From: an uncultured virus (IMG/VR IMGVR_UViG_3300025256_000001)
Taxonomy: Duplodnaviria > Heunggongvirae > Uroviricota > Caudoviricetes
DNA: 64,000 bases
Virus record (IMG/VR): IMGVR_UViG_3300025256_000001
Strand: one strand, 5' to 3'
Shown: positions 27,486-36,150 of the stretch, in pieces
How positions within the stretch are numbered: the stretch's first letter is position 1
How the letters are laid out: every line of letters begins with the position of its first letter
Position numbers and translations under genes: made by a program
Notes under the pieces: generated by a model
Told to the model about the DNA's origin: nothing
What the model saw: the letters and a program-made list of their open reading frames with translations, nothing else
Databases searched by the model: none

Positions 27486-27755
27486 ATGAAATTTTTAGCG
27501 ATCAATCTTGAAAGCGACCCATATTTCATGCCGATTTGCTCATATTTGAGTAGCCCACATCACACGCGGCAGGAAACGGAAGAGCTGTATTGGAGTGTCA
27601 CGCACAAGTTGCGGCAAGCGTTTGCGGCTCCCGAGAGCGATTGGTGTTTTGGAGCCACGCAAATGGGGTTGTCGATTTCTGAGCTGAAGATCATCGTCTT
27701 TGCCGCCCTGGTGGCTGTTCGTGGAGCTTTGTCCGATATCTATGCTTACCAGTGA
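27486..27755 (+). CDS. Moron-like hypothetical protein, antisense within the tail operon
   Basis: AAGAGGAG RBS, AT-richer insert between E and FII, 89 aa. Confidence 0.6.
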   Translation: MKFLAINLESDPYFMPICSYLSSPHHTRQETEELYWSVTHKLRQAFAAPESDWCFGATQMGLSISELKIIVFAALVAVRGALSDIYAYQ

Positions 27756-28258
27756 CCCATGGCCGCGCGCTGCGCGGCGAGCATGTCGACGCCATCGACG
27801 AGGAAGAGATGGTTGATCACGTCGATCTCGAACAGCACGCGGCCATCGACGCTTTCCTTGTAGTAGACCAGCGGCATGGTGAACTTGGTTTCGGACGATT
27901 CACCGGCCTTGGCCTCGCCGCGGTCGATCTCGCTGTAGCGCCCGCGGGCGACGATTTCCACCGCCTGATAGAAGCCGGTGTCCTCGGCCTGGTAGGCGCC
28001 GGCCCAGCGCAGCTGCACGGCGCCCACGGACGTCGCGCCGAATTGGCGCAGGGCGCTGCGCAGATAACCGGCGGCGGCGAAGGACAGCTCCAACGCTTCG
28101 CCGCCCATGTCCACCTTGATGGACGCATCCAAGCCGCCGGGGCGGATCTCTTCCATTTTGCGTGCGAGCTTGGGGAGCGTCAGGCTGTTGACCTGGCCGA
28201 TGAACGATTCGCCGTTCTGGAAGGTGTCGAAGTTCTTGAGCTTTCTGGGCAAACCCAT
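27746..28258 (-). CDS. FII: Tail tube protein
   Basis: MGLPRKLKNF..LPKLARKMEE..EIDVIN. Confidence 0.92.
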   Translation of the reverse strand: MGLPRKLKNFDTFQNGESFIGQVNSLTLPKLARKMEEIRPGGLDASIKVDMGGEALELSFAAAGYLRSALRQFGATSVGAVQLRWAGAYQAEDTGFYQAVEIVARGRYSEIDRGEAKAGESSETKFTMPLVYYKESVDGRVLFEIDVINHLFLVDGVDMLAAQRAAMGHW

Positions 28259-28325
28259 GGTGGTATCCTCGAAGGCGTAACGGGGAAGCCGGGGCATGCC
28301 GGCGGCGGTGGCCGCCGGCATGTGT

Positions 28326-29507
28326 TTAGGCGTTATTGGTGGCGGTGATCGCGGTCATCAGGTCCGCGATGTACGTGTCGGTGAAGGTCTGCCGCAGCGT
28401 GAGGTCTTCCATCGGCGGCACCGGCGTGAAGTCGTAGGAGAGTTTCAACTTGCCCACCTTCACGTTGCTGGTGTCGTTGAGCGACGGGTCGAACCAGCAG
28501 TGCGCACCGAGCAGGAACCCTTGGCGTGTCAGGTCGCGCAGCTTGGCGTTGATCGCTTCGACCAGATCGCGCACCAGGCTCGCATGCATCGGCTTGTCGC
28601 TGTACTCGAACACGCCCTCGCCGATCGTGGCGGCGACGATCTGTGCGCTGCGCGTGTAGTTCTCGAAGAGATACTCGCCGTCGTCGCAGGTGCGCGAGCC
28701 CCAGAAGCGGAACCCGTTGCGGTTGATGAGGGTGGTGATGCCCGCTTCGTTCAAGAGATCGGCATCGGTGCCTTCGGTGAGGTAGTCGAAGTACACGTCG
28801 GCGCTGATGCCGGTCACGCCATTCACCGGCACGTTGGACAGCACCTTGTGCCAGCCGGTGGTCTGGTCGATCGATGCGCGCAGGCCCAACGCGATGGCGA
28901 TGGTCTGCGCCGTCATGGTCGCCTTGGTGGCGGTGTCGAAGCGTTGGAAGTCCGGCCAGACCAGCATCAGCTCGCGTGCACTGAATTGCTTGCGATAGGC
29001 CACCGCATCCGTAAGCGTGGCGCAGCCGTGGCAGGCCACGTAGGCGAAGGCACCCAGCCGCTTGGCGGTGATGGCGATCTCCTGCGCCACCTCCGGCGTG
29101 TCCAGGCCGGGCGCACCGATCAGGCGCGGACGTAGACCTAAGCGCGCCTCGGCGGTGAGCAGGGCCTTCAAGCCCGTGTAACGCCCTTGCGCCGTCGTGG
29201 TGCCGATCACGTTGGCGCTGGTCGTGCTGTCATCGGTGCCGTCGGCCACGCGCACCACGATCACCGGGCAGCGCACCTGGTTGTCGATGTCCTGCAAGGC
29301 TTTGGCGAGCGTGCCCTTGATGCCGGCCTTGGCGATACCGTCCTTGGCCTGCGTCAAGAGCACCGGCGTATCGAGCGGAAACACATTGGCGTCGGCATCG
29401 GTCGCGGTGACGACCAGGCCGATGACGGCGGCGGAGACGGTCTTGAGGGTAAGCGGCGCATCGGTGGTTTCCTCGATCCGCGCACCGTGGTGGTAAGCCG
29501 TGGACAT
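28326..29507 (-). CDS. FI: Tail sheath protein
   Basis: YHHGARI..GWHKVLSN..GFRFWGSRT..YDFTPVPPME. Confidence 0.95.
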   Translation of the reverse strand: MSTAYHHGARIEETTDAPLTLKTVSAAVIGLVVTATDADANVFPLDTPVLLTQAKDGIAKAGIKGTLAKALQDIDNQVRCPVIVVRVADGTDDSTTSANVIGTTTAQGRYTGLKALLTAEARLGLRPRLIGAPGLDTPEVAQEIAITAKRLGAFAYVACHGCATLTDAVAYRKQFSARELMLVWPDFQRFDTATKATMTAQTIAIALGLRASIDQTTGWHKVLSNVPVNGVTGISADVYFDYLTEGTDADLLNEAGITTLINRNGFRFWGSRTCDDGEYLFENYTRSAQIVAATIGEGVFEYSDKPMHASLVRDLVEAINAKLRDLTRQGFLLGAHCWFDPSLNDTSNVKVGKLKLSYDFTPVPPMEDLTLRQTFTDTYIADLMTAITATNNA

Positions 29508-29510
29508 GCG

Positions 29511-30194
29511 TTAAACCTCGTCGGGAGTAGGGGGAGCGGTGAGCGCCTCGGCGGGCGGGACCACGCCGAGGTCGGTGATGACGTGGTGCGCGCCATCGGC
29601 GGTCCAGTACGACACGCCGCGGTAGTCGGGAACGATGTCCCAGCCGTCGTGCTGCGCGTTCCACTGCGGCGCCTGGTGCGTACTGACGGAGGGCGGTGCG
29701 ATCGTCGTCAGCGTGTCGGGCAGCGGTTCGCGCGGTGCCGGACTCGCCGCGCGCTGGCCGGTCGCTTTCGTCCACACCGGTGTGCGGCTGTAGTCGGGAA
29801 GCGGACGCCACGCGCGTGCGTCGCTGTCCCACACGTTCGTCAGCGGGGTGTCGTGACGGTGCACCGGCGGCGCTTCCGCGGTGGCGCCCTCGGGCACACG
29901 CTCGCCGAGGGCAAGGGTGTTGGTGATCGGCGTACAGGTGGCCGTCTCCCACAGCATGACGCGGCGAAAATCCGGGACGACCTCCCACGCGCTGCCGTCG
30001 GCGTTGAGCCGCGCGCGTTCGTTCGCGCCAAGGGGCTCGGGCGGCGCGATAGCCACGACGTTGCGCGGCAGGAAGTAGGTCGCTTCCAGGGGCGAGAGAA
30101 ACACCTCCACGCGACCTAGGTATTCGCGCGTGGTCTCATCGAAGCTGTAGGCGTCTTTCGACGCGGGTAGTGATGCGGTGTCGGTCTCGGACAT
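29511..30194 (-). CDS. G: Tail fibre assembly protein with three repeated W..(V/L)PD(F/Y) modules
   Basis: WEVVPDFR, WRPLPDYS, WDIVPDYRG. Confidence 0.75.
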   Translation of the reverse strand: MSETDTASLPASKDAYSFDETTREYLGRVEVFLSPLEATYFLPRNVVAIAPPEPLGANERARLNADGSAWEVVPDFRRVMLWETATCTPITNTLALGERVPEGATAEAPPVHRHDTPLTNVWDSDARAWRPLPDYSRTPVWTKATGQRAASPAPREPLPDTLTTIAPPSVSTHQAPQWNAQHDGWDIVPDYRGVSYWTADGAHHVITDLGVVPPAEALTAPPTPDEV

Positions 30195-30207
30195 CGTGGA
30201 GGCCTGC

Positions 30208-31677
30208 TCAGTAAGCGATGAAATGGAACATGTGCGTGCCGGCGGCGAGGTTGTCGTTGCCACCGGCCGCGGCGACGGTGATCGTGTGGCTGTGGCTGCC
30301 GCCGTTGGCCAGCGTCAGGCCGTGGGTGTGATCGCCCACGGCCGCAATCGAGATGGTGTGCGTGTGGTTGCCGGCGCCGTTCATGCCAATGGCGTGGCCG
30401 TGGTTGCCCTGCCAGTCGGTACCGAAGTTGTGCGCGTGGTTGCCCGCATCGTTGGTTTGGCGCTGCATGTTACGGAACGCGGGACCGCCGCCACCCACAT
30501 AGTTGGAGCCCGTGCCGTCGCCGAACAGGCTGTTGAGCGTCACGTGCGAGTGCTGGCCTTGCGCATCGGTGGAACCGCTGTGTGCGTGATTGCCCTGGCC
30601 ATCGGTCCACGCCGCATGCGCGTGATCGCCCACGCCGCTCGCGCTCGCACCGTGGCTGTGGCCGCCGCCGGCGGTCAGGGTGACGCTGTGGCCGTGATCG
30701 CCGGCCGCCACGCTGCTCGCGCCGTGCGTATGCGTGAGCAGGGCGCCCGCGCTGTAGGTGCCGATCTTGCTCGCATCCACGGTCGCCTTGATCACCGTGC
30801 CTTCGCCCAGGCGCGGCACGTTGAAGGTGGTGACGCCGTCCCCGGCGCCGTAGATGGTACCGATGGCGGCGAAGAGGTCCGCGTACTGCGTGCGCGAGAT
30901 CGCCGCGCCGTTGCAGAGCAAGGTGTAGGGCGGCGCCTGCTGACCGGCCGTGACGATGATCTGGCCGGGCACATACCGTGCGCGCGCATCGAGCTTGGCG
31001 GCGAGCAGCGCGACCAGGCCCGTCACCTCGTCCATCGCGTGCGTGTGCTTGGCCGGCGGAAAGGTCGGGCCGATGGCGGCGAGGAACTCGCTGCCGGTGG
31101 CGAGGGCCAGCAAGCGCTTGGTGTAATCGGAAGGGGCATTGACGCCCAGGCGCGCATTCAACGCAGCGAGCAGGTTGGCCGAGGTCAGCGCCTTCTGCGT
31201 GTCGCGCCCGACCTTGGCCTCCTCGTCGCTGGCGAGCTTCACCACGCCAAGCGTGTCGGGTGTCGCCGCCGGATTGACGAAGCTGGTGTCGCCGAACGTG
31301 ATCTGGCCGGCCGAGAGCGAGGCGAACTGCACATCGCAGGCAAGCAGCATCACCGCGCCGGCGGATTTCTCCACGATCACCTCGGCCTGGCCGTAGGAGG
31401 CGAACAGCGTGCCGTCGGCCAGGTAAAAGCCGAAGCCGCGCACGCTGTAGACGTCCTTGCTTGCGTCGCTGAGCGTGACGTGGATCGTGTCGGCTGCGGT
31501 CGCGCCGCCGGCGATCGCGGCGATGCGTTTGATTTCGTCCGGGACGGGCTGGCCGGACGTGAATGCGGTGGCGGTCACCGTGGCATAAGCGATGCGCACG
31601 GCGTTGGTGCCATCGCCGGCGGCATTGCGCAAGGCGGCGCGGCCGGCATCGGTGATGGCGAACAGCAAAGCGGCCAC
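30208..31677 (-). CDS. H: Tail fibre protein with collar domain and HxH-repeat tip
   Basis: ITDAGRAAL, collar LCNGAAISRTQYADLFAAIGTIYGAGDGVTTFNVP, 11 HxH repeats. Confidence 0.88.
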   Translation of the reverse strand: MAALLFAITDAGRAALRNAAGDGTNAVRIAYATVTATAFTSGQPVPDEIKRIAAIAGGATAADTIHVTLSDASKDVYSVRGFGFYLADGTLFASYGQAEVIVEKSAGAVMLLACDVQFASLSAGQITFGDTSFVNPAATPDTLGVVKLASDEEAKVGRDTQKALTSANLLAALNARLGVNAPSDYTKRLLALATGSEFLAAIGPTFPPAKHTHAMDEVTGLVALLAAKLDARARYVPGQIIVTAGQQAPPYTLLCNGAAISRTQYADLFAAIGTIYGAGDGVTTFNVPRLGEGTVIKATVDASKIGTYSAGALLTHTHGASSVAAGDHGHSVTLTAGGGHSHGASASGVGDHAHAAWTDGQGNHAHSGSTDAQGQHSHVTLNSLFGDGTGSNYVGGGGPAFRNMQRQTNDAGNHAHNFGTDWQGNHGHAIGMNGAGNHTHTISIAAVGDHTHGLTLANGGSHSHTITVAAAGGNDNLAAGTHMFHFIAY

Positions 31678-31678
31678 G

Positions 31679-32224
31679 TCAGACGGCTCCTGCGACTTGG
31701 AGGTGCGCATACGCGACCGCGCGGCCGGCGGCGAGAACGCCCACGGTTGCGCGGGCGTTGAGCCCTTGGGTAAAGGTGAAGTGGTCGCGCGCGGATTTGG
31801 TGCGCGTGACTTCGGCGATGACGTCGTCGACGAATGCGGCGGAGGTGTCTTGTTCCACGCTGTCGGTCAGCGTCAGCGTGAGCTGAAACGTAAAGGGCTC
31901 GCCCGGCGGTTCCTGTTCGAACCAGGGACGCACCACCACATGACCGCCGAAGGAGGCGACGACGTCTTCGACTGATTGCGCGGTGCCTTGCTGCCGGGCG
32001 ATGGCGATCGCGTGACGCACACGCATGCGCTTCACGGCTTCGGACCAGTACGGCTTCCAACTGCGCACGCCCAAGGACCAGGCAAGCCAGGGCAGAAAGG
32101 CCGCGGGGATCGTGTCGGGGTTAGCGAGCGTCGCCAGCGGCGTGGCGAAGCCGAGCAACTCGCGGCTCACCTGCACGAAGGCGCGCTCCATCGGCGTGGC
32201 GTTGGGCGGCACGAGCTCAGTCAC
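31679..32224 (-). CDS. I: Baseplate/tail protein gpI
   Basis: LVPPNATPMER..FLPWLAWSL. Confidence 0.9.
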   Translation of the reverse strand: MTELVPPNATPMERAFVQVSRELLGFATPLATLANPDTIPAAFLPWLAWSLGVRSWKPYWSEAVKRMRVRHAIAIARQQGTAQSVEDVVASFGGHVVVRPWFEQEPPGEPFTFQLTLTLTDSVEQDTSAAFVDDVIAEVTRTKSARDHFTFTQGLNARATVGVLAAGRAVAYAHLQVAGAV

Positions 32225-33101
32225 CGACGCCTCCGGATTGGATATCCACCGCCGTGCAGTAGCCGGCCTCGGTGTCGCTCACGACGAGCGTCGTGGCCGG
32301 GGAAAGGTCGAGCACGTCTTCGACGCCCGGTACCTTGAGCGCGGCGTACAACCCCGACAACGTGATGTTGCGGCCGATGCGGCGCGACTCGGCGAGGTAC
32401 GTCGCGAGGCTCGCTTTGGCAGTGCTGAGCACCACGTCGGAGTCCGGGCCGGCAAAGAACGCGAGGCGCGCCGCTACACGGAACGGTCGAATCGCCACCG
32501 GCTGCACGATCACCTTGTCGGTGAGCAAGCGGCGCGTTTTGACGGTGAGGTACTCGGTGACGGTGTGCAGCAGTTCGGGCGAGGGCGTGCCATCGCCGTC
32601 GCGCGCCATGACGGACACCACCACCGTGCCCGGTTCCGGGCTGGTGACTTTGGCATCGAGCACCTGACCGGAGGCACTGCGCGCTAGAAACTCATAGGCA
32701 TCCGCCGGGCCGGCGGTGGAGTAGCCCGACGGGGCGAGCTGGCAGCGATAGAGAAGATCGTCGTCGCTCTCGTACACCGCGTCGATACCTTGGTCGGGAA
32801 TCGCTGGGCGGATGAGCAAGCGCTGCACGCCGAGACTCGCCGCCCAGTTGTCGAGGTCTTTGCCGCGTGCGGTGGGAAGAAAGCACGCGCGCGCATCGTC
32901 GTTCTTCTTCTGCCGTTCCTGCAGCACGAGGTAGGCGAGCACCTGCAGGGCTTTGCGGATCGGGTCGGATTCGACGGTGGCGGTGTAGGCAGGCCACAGT
33001 TCGCGCATGCGGCGTTCGGCCATCGCGAGCAGCGTCTCGTAGTCGAGGCGTTCGACGACATCCGGCAGCGGCAGCTGGTTGAGCTGGATCGTGTCGGTCA
33101 T
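32217..33101 (-). CDS. J: Baseplate protein gpJ
   Basis: LPLPDVVERLDYE..STAGPADAYEF. Confidence 0.92.
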   Translation of the reverse strand: MTDTIQLNQLPLPDVVERLDYETLLAMAERRMRELWPAYTATVESDPIRKALQVLAYLVLQERQKKNDDARACFLPTARGKDLDNWAASLGVQRLLIRPAIPDQGIDAVYESDDDLLYRCQLAPSGYSTAGPADAYEFLARSASGQVLDAKVTSPEPGTVVVSVMARDGDGTPSPELLHTVTEYLTVKTRRLLTDKVIVQPVAIRPFRVAARLAFFAGPDSDVVLSTAKASLATYLAESRRIGRNITLSGLYAALKVPGVEDVLDLSPATTLVVSDTEAGYCTAVDIQSGGVGD

Positions 33102-33454
33102 GCGCGCACCGCGAACGTGAGCGGGACCGATAGATCGAGCGGCTTGCCGGTATCGGTACGCGTGCCGGTAAGATCCAGCACCCAGCGGCCACGCAACGCA
33201 TCGACGGCAGACAGCGCGACGCGTGTCAGCGTCAGGCGCGGTTCCCAGCGCATCAGCGCGGTGGCGGTCGCGGCGTAAAGCTGCACGCGGGTGGCGGCGT
33301 TGCCGGGCGCATCGATCAGGTCCGGCAGGCGGCTGCCGTAGTCGCGCCGCATCACGCGCGTGCCCACGGGCGTGGCAAGGATGTCGGCGATCGATTGCGC
33401 CAGGTGCGCATCGCCGCTCAGCGCGCGGCCGGTGCGTGCGTCCATGCCCATCAT
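33098..33454 (-). CDS. W: Baseplate wedge gpW (gp25 family)
   Basis: HLAQSIADILATPVGTRVMRRDYGS..RWEPR. Confidence 0.92.
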   Translation of the reverse strand: MMGMDARTGRALSGDAHLAQSIADILATPVGTRVMRRDYGSRLPDLIDAPGNAATRVQLYAATATALMRWEPRLTLTRVALSAVDALRGRWVLDLTGTRTDTGKPLDLSVPLTFAVRA

Positions 33455-34044
33455 GGCAGGGGCTTTCCGCTGATCCCGCCGCCGGGCTGCACGTTGGCGT
33501 GCGGGTGGTTCGTCAGGCTGATGGCGCCGGCCTTGACGTCGGCATCGCTGGTGATGGCCTGGCTCGCATGCACGGTTTGCGCGAAGGTCGCCGCTTGCGA
33601 GACACTGAGTTCGCCGTCGATGGTCACGTGGCCGGTGAGGGTGATACCACCCGGCGCCGTCACCGCCACGCGGCCTTCGGCGGGTAGCGTGGCCCTGAAC
33701 ACATGGGTCGCCTGGTCATACAGCACCACCGCGCCATCGCCGAAGGCCATTACGACGGTGTCGGCATGTGCCTCACTGGGTACATCGAAGGCATCGCAGA
33801 AGATGCCGCCGATGGCGACGCCAGCGCCGACGTCGCCATTGGGCGAGAGCACCATCACTTGCTCACCGATATCGGGCGGCGCCCACGTCTTGGTGGTGCC
33901 GGCGCGCGTGGCGAGCCACGGAAGCGGGCGCGTGAGCAAGCCGCCGAGTTTGACCTGCACGCGCTTGCCGGCAACGGCGTGTACCGTGCCGAAGCGGATC
34001 AGGTTGGCGAGTTGGCGCGGGATGTCATCGGACATGCCCATCAT
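33451..34044 (-). CDS. V: Baseplate spike gpV
   Basis: LANLIRFGTV..LPWLATRAG..WAPPDIGEQV..HPH. Confidence 0.92.
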   Translation of the reverse strand: MMGMSDDIPRQLANLIRFGTVHAVAGKRVQVKLGGLLTRPLPWLATRAGTTKTWAPPDIGEQVMVLSPNGDVGAGVAIGGIFCDAFDVPSEAHADTVVMAFGDGAVVLYDQATHVFRATLPAEGRVAVTAPGGITLTGHVTIDGELSVSQAATFAQTVHASQAITSDADVKAGAISLTNHPHANVQPGGGISGKPLP

Positions 34045-34080
34045 GCTGCGGGCATGCGTGAACGCGCGCAGCTACGGTGC

Positions 34081-34105
34081 GTTCTGGATCATGCCGCCCA
34101 GAACA
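34081..34105. promoter_or_regulatory. Putative Ogr-activated late promoter element upstream of V
   Basis: GTTCT-N14-AGAACA, also found between O and P. Confidence 0.65.
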
Positions 34106-34141
34106 CACCAGGATGCCGGGGCGACCGGCGCCACCGCTCCG

Positions 34142-34387
34142 TCAACAGAGGACGATGATGTCCATGTCGGATTCCTCGTCGTAGTCCATTTCCCAGCAGC
34201 CTTTGCGCACGCCTTCTTCCACCGCCTCTTGCAGCGATAGCAACTTCAACGGCCAGGTGCCCGTCCTTTCCTTGTAGATCACGCGAAGGCGGTGGAGGGA
34301 GATGATGCGATGACCGGTGGTTTCGGAGTAATCCGCGTTGCTTTTCACCAGGTCTTCGACCACATGAAAAAACGTGTCTGTTTCCAT
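34142..34387 (-). CDS. Paralogue 1 of 5, unknown 81-aa family
   Basis: METDTFF..NADYS..IISL..EGVRKGCW; GAGG RBS. Confidence 0.75.
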   Translation of the reverse strand: METDTFFHVVEDLVKSNADYSETTGHRIISLHRLRVIYKERTGTWPLKLLSLQEAVEEGVRKGCWEMDYDEESDMDIIVLC

Positions 34388-34707
34388 AATGACCTCTTCC
34401 GTCGTGGGTCTCCATCGCAAGGGTGGAGACGTTGGTCATGCACGTGTTTCGGGGCGTGATCCTGCGTTGCCTGATGTAAGTTAGTTGTGAATCTGGCGTG
34501 ATGGACCCGCTTTCCGGTCATGCGCACCGAACGGATGCGCGCAGGGAAAGCTCAGCCCCACCGCCTCGGTGTGACCGTCACTCAATTTCCGTTCGGTGCG
34601 CAACTTAATGAACATGGCCCTTTTCGGCGGATCGCACTGCTAGTCGTGTGGGGTTCCACCGGTGCCTGCTTAAACCATACTTTCACCGAGCAGATGAGTC
34701 TTGGCGA

Positions 34708-34953
34708 CTATTTAAAAACGACAATGGCGAGACCACTTTCGTGATCGACGACCAGCGCCCAGAGACCTTTGCGAGCGCCTTCGTCGAGCATTTCCTCCAC
34801 GGAGGGAAGGCCCGGTGGGAGTTCTTCTGCGTAAAGTTGCAAGGACAGTTTGAGATGCGCTACGGAGATCGTCCAGGCGTCCTTGGCATGCGAGTACATC
34901 GAGAAATTCCGTATAGTCCGCTCGATCAGGTGTAAATAATCCTGCCTATCCAT
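34708..34953 (-). CDS. Paralogue 2 of 5, unknown 81-aa family
   Basis: MDRQDYL..SMYS..AWTISV..EGARKGLW. Confidence 0.75.
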   Translation of the reverse strand: MDRQDYLHLIERTIRNFSMYSHAKDAWTISVAHLKLSLQLYAEELPPGLPSVEEMLDEGARKGLWALVVDHESGLAIVVFK

Positions 34954-35055
34954 GCCGCCGACCTGCTGAAAATCGCGCCGTCACAGGCGCAGGATGACCG
35001 TGGCAAGAGTGCTACTAGAGGAAACAGCCTGGCGCCGATTTATCTGCCATGACTG

Positions 35056-35301
35056 TTACTTCATTACGAGAGTGTCGGTTTTGAAATGGTCGCCAATATC
35101 TCTTGTCCAAAATCCGCGGCGCTCCCCCTCTTGAAAGGCATCTTCGGGCGAAGCCAGTTCGGAGGGCCACCGATTCGAGTATTCAAGGAATAGGATTTCC
35201 GCTTCCAGACCGGAGATTTCCCAAGCCTTGCGAGCGACCGAATAGGTGCAACGCGCTCGGAGCGCCTGCACGATGAAACGAAAATAGTCATCCAAGGTCA
35301 T
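35056..35301 (-). CDS. Paralogue 3 of 5, unknown 81-aa family
   Basis: MTLDDYF..CTYS..AWEISG..EGERRGFW. Confidence 0.75.
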   Translation of the reverse strand: MTLDDYFRFIVQALRARCTYSVARKAWEISGLEAEILFLEYSNRWPSELASPEDAFQEGERRGFWTRDIGDHFKTDTLVMK

Positions 35302-35469
35302 GGCATCGTCGCTCGCAAATAGCCGTGGCGTGGTGACTGTTTCTTGTGCAAGGATCAAGGGTTCTGACTTATCTCTCGCTCCCATGTTGAGGGATATATC
35401 GCCACAGCGCCAGTGACGCATTGATCCAGATCAATGAGGAGTGACGTGAAGGGCGCCAGGGGAGGCCGC

Positions 35470-35763
35470 CTAGACCCTCGCTGGCATGATGCGCTGCGGA
35501 AGTTGCGCGTGCTGCGGCTTTGCAAGGAGGAGGAGAACATCGGTGGCATCCATGGACCGATCCAACTGCCACAGTCCCTCGCGCGCCCCATCCGCAATGG
35601 CGTCATGGATCAACGGCAGATCGTGGGGAGCGAGCTTGATGTATCGCCTGTAGACAGCCATGAGTTCGGTGACAGAAATCGTCCAGGCATCGTGCCATCT
35701 CGAATATGTGGCGTTCATCACCGCCAGTCGTGCGATGAGGCCACGGAAGGTTTTCCGATCCAT
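35470..35763 (-). CDS. Paralogue 4 of 5, unknown family (97 aa)
   Basis: MDRKTFR..NATYS..AWTISV..DGAREGLW. Confidence 0.75.
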   Translation of the reverse strand: MDRKTFRGLIARLAVMNATYSRWHDAWTISVTELMAVYRRYIKLAPHDLPLIHDAIADGAREGLWQLDRSMDATDVLLLLAKPQHAQLPQRIMPARV

Positions 35764-35849
35764 TGCCGTACCAAAGTCAACCACCAAGCAAACCGGTGGG
35801 GGAGCATGGGTCTCTTCACGTGGTAGTAGCGTGTTATGCGTGTGAAAAC

Positions 35850-36104
35850 CTAGCAAAGGACAACCATAACTTCATCGCTGTCCTTGTCGTACTGCATGGT
35901 CCACAGGCCATCGCGGGCACCCATTTGAAGGGCGTCATCCAGGTCCAATTGGTGTGACAGGTCGCCCGGTTCACCGCGTACGATACGATCGTAAACCGCC
36001 GAGAGATGGGTTAAGGAAATCGTGCACGCCTTCTGGCTGTCCGAATAGGTCGCGTTCGCTTCGATGAAATAGGCAACGATACGAAGGTGTAGTTTCGGGT
36101 CCAT
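35850..36104 (-). CDS. Paralogue 5 of 5, unknown family (84 aa)
   Basis: MDPKLHL..NATYS..ACTISL..MGARDGLW. Confidence 0.75.
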   Translation of the reverse strand: MDPKLHLRIVAYFIEANATYSDSQKACTISLTHLSAVYDRIVRGEPGDLSHQLDLDDALQMGARDGLWTMQYDKDSDEVMVVLC

Positions 36105-36150
36105 GGCCGGTGAGTATGAGGCCATGGCCTTAACTGGCCCCGTATTTGTT

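Noticed and set aside
33451..34044. T6SS or tailocin interpretation of the contractile tail genes together with RHS
   Set aside because: Complete head, terminase, portal, cos and att sites indicate a true P2-like phage; the RHS has a signal peptide and no PAAR
34142..36104. Integron cassette array or DGR as origin of the paralogues
   Set aside because: No shared attC-like repeat between the genes by eye, no IntI, and no reverse transcriptase in the window
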